A stretch of DNA of 64,000 nt from Macrostomum lignano (lineage: Eukaryota): assembly GCA_002269645.1 (NCBI GenBank), contig NIVC01000074.1, positions 67,186-131,185 of the forward strand, written 5' to 3'. Each line of letters opens with the position of its first letter. Position 1 is the stretch's first letter. The notes under the pieces were generated by a model. The model saw only the letters and a list, made by a program, of their open reading frames with translations. It searched no databases and was not told where the DNA came from. Positions 63,791 to 64,000 of the stretch are shown here, piece by piece. The position numbers and the translations under genes were made by a program.

Positions 63791-64000
63791 GGATTCTTTC
63801 TATCCAGAGATGCCTGCTATGGGAGTGCTTGCTATTTTGGGTATGTATAGGGTTAGGTTAGGGGCTTGCTGTCTGTGGGATGCTTTCTATTTAGAGGAAT
63901 GCCTGTTATTATTTTCTGAAGGCTTCATTTTGCTATGTCCTTTTCTTACTGTACTTATGGAAAGAGATTCATAGCAAACATATTTGTTCGTGACAAAATT

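Noticed and set aside
1-64000. tRNA, rRNA, snRNA or spliced-leader genes
   Set aside because: None recognised by eye; a covariance-model scan would be needed to exclude them.

Overview
Eukaryotic (metazoan) genomic DNA with spliced GT-AG genes, dense minisatellites and many transposon remnants. The style suggests a free-living flatworm such as Macrostomum, but that is an inference. No prokaryotic features, CRISPR arrays, tRNA or rRNA genes were recognised. Reconstructing exons by hand gave six genes. (1-3) A cluster of three diverged paralogs (+ 5'-partial 8-3821; - 5929-10850; + 15057-37429) encoding secreted CAP/SCP + EGF-like + shared unnamed (SEA-like?) domain proteins, two ending in a hydrophobic, GPI-signal-like tail. 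(4) A catalytically dead MTMR10/11/12-like myotubularin (- 41081-46778). (5) NAA20 (+ 51425-62354, with three small deletions). (6) An intronless DEG/ENaC channel gene (- 58262-60157) nested antisense inside NAA20 intron 1. Most long introns carry their own unrelated tandem repeat. The largest is a ~14 kb 23-bp satellite filling an 18.2 kb intron, with a young Ty3/Gypsy element (identical 213-bp LTRs, GATCA target duplication) inserted in it. Other mobile DNA: two Crypton-type tyrosine recombinase remnants in opposite orientations on either side of the inverted paralog, a Penelope-like remnant with a hammerhead-like motif, an internally deleted Tc1 inserted into it, an old Gypsy remnant, a mariner remnant and several MITEs.
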